The notes beneath the pieces were generated by a model. That model did not search any database and was not told the origin of the DNA. It saw only the letters and a list, made by a program, of their open reading frames with translations. Below, one piece after another: positions 1 through 32,600 of a DNA stretch of 64,000 nucleotides. A program made the position numbers and the translations under genes. The DNA comes from Tubiluchus corallicola (Eukaryota; Animalia; Priapulida), in NCBI GenBank assembly GCA_030141605.1, contig JAQGDQ010000210.1, forward strand, positions 248,001 through 312,000, read 5' to 3'. Every line of letters starts with the position of its first letter. Positions within the stretch are counted from its first letter, which is position 1.

Positions 1-1467
1 ACTACAAAGTCTACAACATACTGCAGCTTGAGTTTTTGCAATAACTGCCAGATAATTACTGATAAATTTTCTAAATTTGTTGTTGGAGTAATTAGTTTTT
101 CACTTTTATAATACACAATTTTTTTGTTCTTTGTTATTTACACACAGCAAATTTGAAATATCACACAAATAAAAAAATGTTACCTGGAAAAACACACAAA
201 ATTTGTTTGCTTAAAATGAAACAGATTTAAGAGAATTCGAATTGCATTTTCCTTGCATTTTTTATCTGAGATGCAAAAAATTCAAGCAACTTTATTGGCA
301 TTAAATACACTTAGTTCACAAGCCGGTTGGGAACACATTTTTACTGTTTGCTAACTCAGTTTGCATGCAAAAATGGCAATGCTTTACGTTTAATGTGTCT
401 AGAAAGCGAAAAAGGCTTCAAAGTCTTCAGCAAAAATTGCGATAATGTGATTACAATAGTTGGCTGATGCAAATAAAGTTACGCACCTCGCTTTATGGCT
501 TTTAAGAAAATTACAACAGCAAATATGATAATCTGTACAATAAATTCCTGCAGAACAACATACAACATATATGAAAAACATAATTTATAATAAAAATATA
601 GGTAAATAATATAGTAGAATTCAAACTTATGCAGGGGAAAACAATTATGTACAAAAAACTGACATCCAAGATGAATCAACTGATGAACTCTCCAATTATT
701 ATTATTAACTCTCCAAAGCTTTTAGCAGCCATTATTTTTGCATTGAATATAATATTTTCTCCAACACATAAAAAAGGGACCGACTCATCAACTGACTCAT
801 CTTGGAAAAGATCCTGATCAATATGCCACTACTGCTACTACGAATAATAATTCATCCACCTTCACTTTAGCGACATCTACTGACCGTTGTCTAAGTAAAC
901 AATTGCTTTTAAAGAAAAAAATTAGCAAATTTTTAAGTAATTGATACACTTTGCATGAATGATCAAAAAGTTACCAATTAGAGAGCATTACAATCCCATT
1001 ATTCATTTGCAACACACACAAAAACAATTTTTGTTAGGCTTAGTTATACAGAAATGTAATTTATATTCACTAAGCCGAAGATTTACACATTGCCCCTTGT
1101 TTGCTTAATTTACAACAGAATATAGGTGCATTAACAGAACTTGTTTCTATCGCTTAACAGACGAACGCCATTGAAATAGGCGCTTTTAGTAGTCAGCACA
1201 GGAGTGCGTGAATTTTCAAATTCGCAAAGCACTATTCAAAACATAAAAAACTGAGTACAATAAAATTACATGCAGATGATATAAAATTTTAACGGGAGCT
1301 TTTTAAGAAGAAATTTAAAAATTCGCTAATCATGTCCTTTAAACAACATTTACTTTTATAAAATTTGATATTAATTCAAAGGAATTGACTAGATAAGATG
1401 AAATCACATGTTCCATGGGAACAAAAAGATCACATTTCAAGATGTGGCAATCCCAATATTTTTTTTT

Positions 1468-1596
1468 GGTAGAAATACCAATAAATGTACTGTTATCGGT
1501 AGGAATACCAATAAATGTACTGTTATCGTATACAGAAATACCAACAAATATACTGTTATCGTATATAGAAATACCAATAAATGTACTGTTATCGTA
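1468..1596. repeat. Tandem minisatellite, 4 copies of about 30-34 bp (AGAAATACCAATAAATGTACTGTTATCG)
   Basis: Direct head-to-tail repeats with no unique spacers. Confidence 0.9.
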
Positions 1597-2329
1597 TGCT
1601 ACTTTTGTAGGTAATACAAGGATTTATAGCCAGTTAGTTTAGTTGTTGATTAGTGCCATAGTCAGCCAAGTTGATTTCATAAAAATACAAATGAAGCTTT
1701 ATTTAATAATCATGCAGTAGCCTATGCTACTAAAACAGTGTTATACAAAGTACTATTTTACCCAAATTGCTTCGTAATAGTTAACTACATAAAATGCGAA
1801 AGACTAGCATTAACTATTTGCAAATCTTCCTTAATAATAAATGTTGGTAGTTTTCACAAAGTAGTATGTGAAAATAAGAAGTAACATTCTAATTTCAGAC
1901 GACTTCATAACACCAAGAAGAAAACATGAATTATAAGATTTCTAGCCATCTAAAAATATCTGCATCTTTTAGTACTTGACCTTGTTGGGGTTTATAAGTA
2001 TTTATTCCATTATCAAAGAAATGAATTAATGAAAAAGAAAAGAAAAGATCCATAAAACTTACACTCCCATCTGGACTGATCACTAGAAACAATTTGAATA
2101 TAAATGCACAGAAAATATCCGCTTTCTGGATCTCATTTTTGATTAATCCCAATTTTCCATTGATAATGACAGAATATAGAAACTGCTCTTAAACTACATT
2201 CATGCAAATCTACATTTTTTTTAACTGAGGTAAAGCTACTTGTAACTTCACTAGACTAAGTTATTTCAAAAATGGCTTCACAATCTATAGGCACACTAAC
2301 TTTATTAAATTATTAGAGACCTACTAGCA

Positions 2330-2878
2330 GAATAGAACCCACTATTTTTTTTCAAAAAATGACTTACGTGAAATAATTATTACCACACAAACACAATTTC
2401 ACGTTCGCGCCACTAATTCGTCGCTTTTATATGCATTTCGCCATTCACTAATTAGACGGGCACTAGCGCCTGCATTTCGGAAACGCATTGTACAAAATAC
2501 AGGTGCTGTGCCTCTCAGTTCAGATGTGTTAGTTTGTGATGAACTGCACACGTTCGACAGCTCATGCGTGAACACAGCGGTAAATTTGAATTTTTATCTT
2601 AAAACTTGGGTAGTTTTAGTACAAGACACAGTAGCACTGTACTTCAGTTTTCGCTTTTGCAAACACGTGCAACACGCTCGTAGAATATTTTTGCTGTTGA
2701 AAATTTTGTTAGTTTGTTATGTTTTCAATAGTAGGGTCTCGCCCGCCGCTAATTAAGTTTTTAATCTATTATTTAATTATCAGAAACGCTTTTGCAGTAT
2801 TAATTGTGTTAGAATGTATACTTTTTATCAGACTTGAAAATAGGGTAGTGCATGAAAAATCATCTTGTCTTCATTTAA
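2330..2878 (+). mobile_element. Non-autonomous TTAA-flanked DNA transposon family, truncated copy
   Basis: Similar to 61063-61687 (reverse) and 23199-23584; ends in ..catTTAA. Confidence 0.75.
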
Positions 2879-3432
2879 GGCTTCGGTTTACACAAAGTTT
2901 TAAAAATTCGACTGGAAATCGTTTCTACAGTCTTTAGTTATGTTTCAAACCGTGACTTGACCAACAAAACCAGGATGATTGTGACACATACATCACCCCT
3001 GATTCAACTTCAATTAAATCGAAAAAGTTAGTAGTTTGTCAGCAGCAAGAACAACGATGATATGCTTAATACTTCGTACCAGTAAAAATTTATATTGTCA
3101 TAAAATCCTCTCAGTAAGTGATAATACAATTGACAAAAAAAAAGCTTGCACAAATGAAGAGCATTCCCAAATTGCAGTATTTGAGTTATATTAAAAACCG
3201 AAAAACAACTTTTTGTTAAAGAGGCCAGTTACCTCACGATTTTAGTTTTTTATAAGTTAATGTCTCATTACAATGCTGCTGTAAGTAGAATTTGTTAATA
3301 AAAAGTGAGCATCGTAAAAATGCGATTTCGTACTTTTTTATTTTTTAAATTGACTTTTGCGCAAATAACAGAAGCACAACTGACGAACTAGATATTATTC
3401 ATTATAGAATTCATCCGCATATAAAATAAATA

Positions 3433-3792
3433 TTTATAGTTAAAAACAACAGAGCTTGATTAAAAACTTTTACATTAAAAAGTTAAAAGTTAAAATCATG
3501 CCAAACGTTTCAACAAGCTGCTGCTGTCATCATCAGTGGTAAATTTACAAACATACAACCAGTTTATATAGGCAGAGCCTGTTATGCACTAATTAAGTAG
3601 TTAATAGTAGCCAAATGTTAACTACTTAAATAGTGCATAATAGGCTCTGCCTATATAAACTGGTTGTAAGTTCGTAAATTTACCACTGATGATGACAGCA
3701 GCAGCTAGTCGAAACGTTTGGCGCGATTTTAACTTTTTTAACTTCTTAATGTAAAATTTTCTAATAAAATTGCGTTGTTTTTAACTGTATAA
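3433..3792. mobile_element. Fold-back palindromic element with a minimal hammerhead-ribozyme motif on each arm (Penelope-like/retrozyme-derived)
   Basis: About 170-bp inverted arms around a 13-nt loop (3605-3617); CCA-CTGATGA-T-GAC..GTC-GAAACGTT-TGG at 3683-3721 (+) and its mirror at 3501-3539 (-); AATAAA downstream. Confidence 0.75.
3683..3721 (+). ncRNA. Minimal type I hammerhead ribozyme motif
   Basis: Core CUGAUGA and GAAA, stem II GAC/GUC, stem I CCA/UGG, palindromic ACGU in place of helix III, GUU triplet. Confidence 0.65.
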
Positions 3793-4612
3793 ATGAGCCT
3801 GTAATAAAAATTGCCTAAAATAATAATGCTATTTTGAACGCCCTGTCTGCAAAGTATGTGCTGCCACCATAAGTTCTAAAGTGAAAAGTTTTTCTTATTA
3901 CTTGGTTTGCTCGTGAAACCTGTTGGTACAACTTTTATGTTGTCAAAGCGAAGTTATTTGCATTTTTAACTAGAATTAATTATTTGTACTTCACATTTCG
4001 AAGTTGTTATAGGTGTTTTTGCGGGGAACTAGACAAATGTTACGTTCTAAACTTATTGGAAAATTAAATTATTATTTGATATTCGAAAGTGGAAATTAAA
4101 TTATTATTTGACACACGGAAAAATTTTTGTTTTGCGTAGAAAAGTTGAACGAATTAAAGAGAATGCCGACTATATGCTAATACGCTATATCGTAAAATTA
4201 TTCATTTTACCTAGAATAGCAAGTCATTCCTCCAAAGAAAATATCATAACGTAAATTTGGCGGCAACCATGTTGTATGCAGTTGTGTGCGACAGTGATCA
4301 TATCTTTTTTGTAATTGCTTGGACTGCGTTTAGAGCATCGGGTACCTCGAAAGTGTATTTTCGTAAGCTAAATCTGGCTATTCTTTTTCATAAATATCAT
4401 CTACAAAAGTAATTAATTACAAAAAGTAATGAACATTTTTTCTGCAAAGTTGCATCGCAAGCCTAACTACTTTCGGTGTGAATGGCACTTGCTTCACGGC
4501 AGGTAACATGTGGAGAACATTCTGTCATTCTACAAACTTGAATGTAAAAGCATCTGCGGTTACCTTAAAGCAAAGTATAAACTGCTAGGTTTCTTATAAA
4601 ACTGCTGATGAG

Positions 4613-4630
4613 TTGCGCCACCTTGTGGTA
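4613..4630 (-). promoter_or_regulatory. CTCF-like motif upstream of the first alpha-actinin coding exon
   Basis: Reverse complement TACCACAAGGTGGCGCAA resembles the CTCF core CCACNAGGTGGCGC. Confidence 0.4.
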
Positions 4631-4781
4631 GAAAACGCGATCATCTGCTAGTTATGTGATCTCTCGCAAGTTCAGAGGCTTCAGACGAGCATTCCTTCAG
4701 GTTGGTTGTGTACGGGTGGGAGTGAGGTAGTCCCCCCGATTTTGTGCATCAGGTGCCATCTCTCCACCACCCACCGGCAAG

Positions 4782-25784
<21,003 letters not shown>

Positions 25785-26472
25785 ACAATTAAGAAAGTGT
25801 TGTTCAGATGTACAAATAGAAGTTTAATACTAGAGAGCCAAACATTTGGTACCACAGTCTATTTGAACCTGGTAAAATTTTATACGAGGTACAACTAGAC
25901 AGCATTGGTAAGCATACTACAACTGCTCTCATGTTAATGCTTAACTGGTAATAGACTGAACTGCAAGCTTATTACTATAACTTTCACTGTTATTATAATG
26001 CAAATAAATTTGTTCTGTTAGCCTTGAGCTAGATTTACCATGAATCTCTAACTCATATTAAAAAACATCAGAGTTAATACAGCTGTACTTACGATAAAAT
26101 TACGATAGTGCAAAATGATTTCTAGTTAATACAATTATTAAAAGATAATTTATCCATGGTTCCTGCAAGCCTTGAGCTTAGCAATGAATCCAATGCAGCT
26201 GGGGTCCTGAGCTAAGCCCACGATTGCATGCAGTCCTAAAACAGTAAATTTGGAAACAACATTAAGCCTTGAAATGTCTGACCCTCCAGCTTACATGTTG
26301 TGTAGTAAAGACTAATTCTATGTAAACTGATTTGTACATACCGTAAATTACTAGATATCATATAATTCAGACAGGTAGTTAGTTTTATATTTTCTAGATT
26401 TAGCCTATGAATTACAAAAAGACTTTAAATATTATACCAGTGTTTTATAAAAAAAAACGCTTGCATGTAAAA

Positions 26473-26478
26473 AATAAA
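26473..26478 (+). terminator. Candidate polyadenylation signal of alpha-actinin (a proximal AATAAA also at 26003-26008)
   Basis: AATAAA followed by a GT/T-rich tract downstream of the stop codon. Confidence 0.45.
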
Positions 26479-27824
26479 AACGTGTCTTTTTTTAACCAAT
26501 TTTTAAAGCAACCTCAAATCTTAGACCAGTTATTAGTTTATTCGGCATCCTTTCCATCGTTTTAGCGAGAATGTTTTAGTGTACAGTGTGTTATTACTGA
26601 TAAAACGTGTTGTAATCAATATTAGGACCATAAGCTAACTTGTGTAGTGGCCCCAACAGTAAAGGATTGGGCTAATGAAGACAGCTACTCTTTTGTTCAA
26701 AATTACTGCTAGGCTTGGCTTCTAAAGCAATTAGTATTTAAATTTTGAAGCCAGTGTATTCATTAGCCCAAACCAAATGAGCTTATTTAACTGATGCTAA
26801 CTGTCATCAAAGTTCACTCTTACCAGTCCAAGAATCTTGCTTGTTGCTCATCATAGTCTTCAATTAGTCGTAGCAGCGTACCAAAGAGACCAGACCTTGA
26901 AAGAGAAAATAATGAATGTAGTCGTTTGCTATATGGTTGGACTGTTAAGAGTAAACTTCAAAAGGGAAATGAGTCGTGCCAAATTTCACAAATAACTATT
27001 AAAAATAAAAAAATTGAAATAAAAAATGGACAGTTTTTATACTTTTGCTGTGTGTATATTTCATTTTTTGCAATATTTATAAGAATTACTCAAAGCAATG
27101 CATTATATGAATAGAGTTAATCTGTGATATAACATCTGTGAAATACTTAAATTGTGAATACATAGTATTTGGTACACTTGAGAAGAATGGCTGAGCAGTC
27201 ACTCTGTGCTTGGCGACACACTTATGCAACACCAGACCTGGCTAGTGAATGGCAGGATGGCCGCTATGATATTTCAGTCAGGGCAGTTTTGTTTGCCACA
27301 TTGCACCAGCTTATCCTGCTTGGAAGGAATTATGTGCATCCAAATACCGCTGAGCGTCTGCATTGGTTTAGTATTCTCATCCCGGAAGATTATCTTTGAT
27401 ATAAAGCTTTGGTTCTGCCACAAATTCTGGACACTGGTCAGGAATGTTCCAAGCTGACATACATAAAACTGTAAAAAATGAAACGTGTAGCAAGGAAATA
27501 CTGACCATTACAATCTTACTTAGAGCAGTCCATTATGACAAGTATGAGCTTTCTTACCTCATGATTTTGGAAATGTTTAAATGAAGAGACAGACTCAGGA
27601 GGCAAAGTATCTAAGACAAGAAGGTATAATGCCATTTGAAGGCACTTGCTGCTGAAACTTCATAGATAATGGCAGACACTGACAACAGGCATCACGATCT
27701 TATTGAGCTTTTTATCCTCACCACAATTTATCACCACTGGTCACAGTTCCTGGCAAATTCCTTGACACGTTTGACAGAAACAGAGCCCACAGATTTTATC
27801 TAAAGTTTTCTTTGAAGAAGAAAA

Positions 27825-28160
27825 CCCTCCACTTACATAAATTTTAAAAAATCCTACTTGAAATTTTGGACCACTTGCATACTGCCTTTTTGCAGGCAGG
27901 GCTTGCATCGGCAGTAAGGTGTATAAAACATGTAAATTTAAACTCCCGTGATAACCATTAGATGCAGCCATTTTAATGGTAGGTCATTTGAAACAAATTT
28001 AGATAACATTGCATGAAGTTTGAAAAAATAATCAGAGCATTCATAGCACACATGTTCCTAACTTACTACTGTATTTTGTCAACAAGATTGAAAATACATT
28101 TTTGGTTAGTGAGTGGCGCGCACCCTGGAGGATGGGCCAGCGATATTTTACCAATAGGCA
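27825..28160 (+). repeat. Dispersed repeat family copy 1 (copy 2 at 28715-29030; inverted copy at about 54050-54390)
   Basis: Alignable sequence (ttgaaattt..ccacttgca..ggcagtaa..ttggttagtgagtggc) at three loci. Confidence 0.7.
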
Positions 28161-28714
28161 CAAAAGTTACATGAGTCTTAAATTGCCATTAATTACTATG
28201 ACAATTTTTATTCAGGAGCAAATTGCGATGTGCCAAATGAATTACACTCTGTCACACTTTCTCCAAAAATGAGGCTACCTTAACGTGCTTGATTGTTGTT
28301 GAAACTACTTAAATAGAAAAAACATTCATGCAAAATTTAACATAACTATTAAAATTATTTATTAACGTTACATCTACATCAGTAATTGCAAGAGATAAAG
28401 ATTAATTATCACATTTAAACAGAAAACAGAGATATTAAATTAATTTAGTTAAAAACAACAACTATAATTAGTTACATAAATTCTGAATCATCAAATTTAA
28501 CAATGAATTATGCTTAATATCATAATTAAACATTACTAGTTAAAATAAAAAAATAGAAACATAGAAAGCACAAAAATATATTAAACAAAAGCCAGCTCTA
28601 TTAAAACCAGATATAATGCTTTGTCACCAGCTATGACCAACAAGCAAATTTAACAATGAATTAAATTTAGCATTTAAAAGCACAAGAAACTCCACTTACT
28701 TACTTTACAAATGC

Positions 28715-29030
28715 TTAAGAAATTTTTCTTGAAATTTTATACCACTTACAAATTGCCTTTTTGCATACAGGGCTTGCGTCGGCAGTAAAGCTGTATAAAA
28801 CTTGTAAATTTAAACTCCCACAGTGACCGTTAGACACAGTCATTTGAAACAAGTTTAGATAACACTGGGCAAAGTTTGAAAAAACAATCAGAGCATTCGT
28901 AGCACACACGCTACTAACTAAGTAAAGTTTTAAATTAGTGTATCTTGTCAATAAGATTAAAAATACGTTTTTTGGTTAGTGAGTGGCACACCCTGTAGGT
29001 GAGTCAACGACATTTTACCAATTGGCGAAT
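28715..29030 (+). repeat. Dispersed repeat family copy 2
   Basis: Similar to 27825-28160. Confidence 0.7.
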
Positions 29031-29693
29031 TATTAAATAAATAATAATTTTCTATTCTAGTTACATAAGTCTTTCAAGCAGGTAAATGTAATGCTAAGTA
29101 ATTTAACTTTCCATGAAAAGCTTTTTGAGATATAGTTTAACATTTCCCTTTCTTCCATTGATTTACGTTGTGAGTAGATGACGTCATGTAATGGCGCAGT
29201 CAGAACGATATTGCAGGAGATATAAAATGAAAATAAACAAAAAATCCTTTCAACGCGAGTACGATATATGCATAAAATTGTTATAAAGTAATATATTTTT
29301 TAAGGCGATTTTTCTGAAACCTACTTCAGGTACACCCTTTCTTGTCCTTCAATTCAATTCACAAAGTAAACTTTAAAATAAATCAAAAAAAAGGTAATTT
29401 ACAAAACTGTAATAATAGCTTTTTGTTTTTAAACAGTCTCTGAAATTTTGATCAGAAATTCTATTAACTTTTGTTCTTTCGTGCACAACTTTAAAAATTT
29501 AAATCAAATTAAAATTTGCTTAATAAAATGAACATCTACAGAACAATCACAGTATACAGCCACATGTAAAAAGTTAGTATGATTTAACGATGTAGCAGAA
29601 TTAGCCACACTGTTGAAAACACACATGTACTCAAAGACACATGATTATTCAACATGGACCTAACACGTCTAACAAGATAAAAAAATTCTGCAT

Positions 29694-32600
29694 TTAATAT
29701 GACCTATTATCACGTCGTCGCAAAGAAGGTGACGTGTATCGCAGTCTACGTGGGCTTCCCATACGATATGCAGCTCGAGGATCATCGTGAACCGGACGCA
29801 TTACTTCTGGCTGCGGCAACACCCACGCATTATTGGGAGGCATAGCAGGAGGGTGGGCTGGAGGGAGGTAAACGTGACCTTGCAGCAGTTTCTCCAAACG
29901 AGCAATAATTTCATAATCCGGCACGGCAACGGTTGCCACATCTAGGCCTAGCATTCGTGCAATAACTTGTCGGAAGTCTAACAGCTAAAAAAATTTGGAA
30001 GCTTGTAACTCAGTTATGCATAAAAATCTTATTTTTTTCTACAAAATTCACTTTAGCTATCTGAGTGTCATGTAGTTGCAATGATTTATCAACATTTGTG
30101 ACTTTTAAGATCTATGATATACCAAAGTGTCCAGCATCCAGCACCTTGTGTCAGATCCATTGTCCAGGATGTGACAGCTGGCTTCAAGTGTCCAGCATTC
30201 ACACGATACTTAAGTTAACAACTAATCGTAAGGAGTCCAATCACAATTTTCTTTGCAGAAAAACAAAATGGATGACATCAAATTTATTTTTCAATGCTTT
30301 CTTCTTTTACGTTACTTATTCATATAACAATTCGCAGGCTCAGTCCCCATTGGCTGGTTAAGGAGCAGATGCTGGATGACAGACTCTCAGAAACAGAAGA
30401 GCTTCTAGTGTCTGGCTTCCAACATCCGCTGCCAAAATCTTTGGTTTCATTACCCATTGGCAATACATACATTGTTTCTCAATTCCAGATCCTGAACGTG
30501 GACAGCAGATGCTGGAGATTTTGGTGTACCATAGATTTAAATCAGATCACAATCACATTGTAATCTTTGTACAACAAGTAACAGTGGCTTCAACAAAAGT
30601 ACCATCAAATTTAGACAAGTAAGATTGGTAAAACTTAAACAATAAAGTGGCTATTTTTACATATGAATAGGTGGATTGAGGTAAAACTACACAAGATCTG
30701 ACAAAGCAATTATTATACATACTTGTTATACATATGCATACCATTTTAGCTATCAAACATTACCATTCAATTAATAACTAAATTTTTTATTTGCTTTTTT
30801 CTTTTTTTCACAATTAACCACACTCCAGGGGAGTGAAATTTGCAAAACACTTTTAGAGTTTATCTTTGAAAATATGTTTGCTGTCCATCTGTAAATCATT
30901 GGCTGATCAACATCTAAGAATCATGTCAGAAGCCATAACCACTTTCGTCATGATAATAATTTACACCTACCTGTCGTTCTTTCATTTGAACCTGGTCCAA
31001 GTGCGACTTTAAGGCACGTACTTCATTGGTCAGATCTTGCACAGCTCTGTCAGATCTCATTAAATTCTGTCCAACTTCCATCTCTGTATGCTCCACATCT
31101 GACTTAAGAGAAGTAATTTTCTTAGCTTGTCTAGCTCTTACATCGTCCAGCTGCTGGACGTGTTGTCGCAAGCGCTCAATCTCCTTCGTATATTCCAAAG
31201 CTCTGTGCTGTGGAAAGAATGAATAAGTATAAGACCAAATTTGTCAGAAGTTAAATAAACAATTTGGAAGTTCACAAACACTTTAAAGCAGCAGATTTTG
31301 TCCCAACTTCTAGACTACAACACTTTGAGATAAAAGTGAAGCAAACTTACTGAAAATTATTAAATTTCTTGAACATGTGCATGTTTATAACTTGGAACTG
31401 ATAAATGTTTGGAACCACCAACAGTTTAAGCCCGCCAAGCACTAAGTATTTTACAAAAATTTATGCATCATACAACAACAGATTCTATCAGTATGAAAAC
31501 TTTGTGAGCCAAATGCTTCACATTAAAATGAAGCAGCCGACTTTAAAGGAATTTTTGTAACTTTTGAAAATACACAGATTTGGATGATTTAGAAAAGAAT
31601 ACGTTTTAATTTATTGCTAATTCATAATATATTGTATTTAAAATATTTTTTATTTTTAACTGCACAAAGGAATTTAGGCATTACTTTGTTTCTAAAACTC
31701 ATTAAAAATACTTGCAGCGCATACTAAGCTGGTGACTCACACTTCTATACCACTAATACAGCACCCATCGGTTAATAGGTTCAATCAGTTAAAGCACTTC
31801 GGTCCCAAAGTGCGTCTACTAAGCGGGGCCTACTGTATTTCATAATTTTAGTATGTTAATCAGTATGAGTAATTTCATTAACAGATCTTTAATTCATACA
31901 AACAATATACATTTTCTTACTTAATTAGTGTTTGAGACTTGAGTACTTTCATGCTAATTTGTGCATAAAAATTTGATGAGTTAAATAAATAAACAAATAA
32001 ATTATCTTAACGAAAGCTACAAATATCTATAGTGATTTATTCACTTAAAAAGCTTTTTAGTCAACGATATAAGAAGCTCTTCTAGTATGAACTATCAATA
32101 TTGTTGTCCAGGCCTGCAATATAGGTTGTAAAGAGAGACATTTGCACGTAAAGGAATGTGCTTGGGCCAGTGTGGCGAAACCTAAATGGCAGTATATATA
32201 TATATATAAAGGTATATTTATCAAGGTATACTGGTATATTTATAAAGCCCATGTATGTACAAAGCTTCCAAATTGTTGTTCATCAAATTGACTTCGATTA
32301 CTATTTAGAATATATATATTTTTTAATAGTAATCGAAGTCAGTTTGATGAAACAACAATTTGGAAGCTTTGTACATACATGGGCTTTATAAATATACCAG
32401 TCATTAACACTATGCCTATGTATAGGACAACAGAGTAAGGCTCATAGGATTGCTTCCACAGTCTCCATCTTAATATAACGTCTTTATTACAGTTGCTTTA
32501 AAACTGCACTTAAAATCACGTTTTGTATGTGCTGATCATTCTATTTGCATTTTAGCCGTTTTCCTGGTTTGTAAGTACAATCATTTCAATACGACTGTTT

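Noticed and set aside
1468-1596. 30-34 bp repeats (also 20150-20285) as a CRISPR array
   Set aside because: Head-to-tail with no unique spacers, no cas genes, eukaryotic context; ordinary minisatellites
2508-2937. Mutually similar ORFs at 2508, 23281 and 61318 as a small gene family
   Set aside because: They fall within copies of one non-autonomous transposon; frames are not conserved between copies
4605-4650. CTGATGAG..GAAAAC as another hammerhead
   Set aside because: Stem II does not close next to the core and there is no matching stem I
26760-27800. GC-richer intergenic segment with short ORFs as an extra gene (also 30090-30560, 49750-50250, 63400-63720)
   Set aside because: Stops in the frames I checked and no coherent exon chain; possibly very old LINE debris, but too degenerate to call
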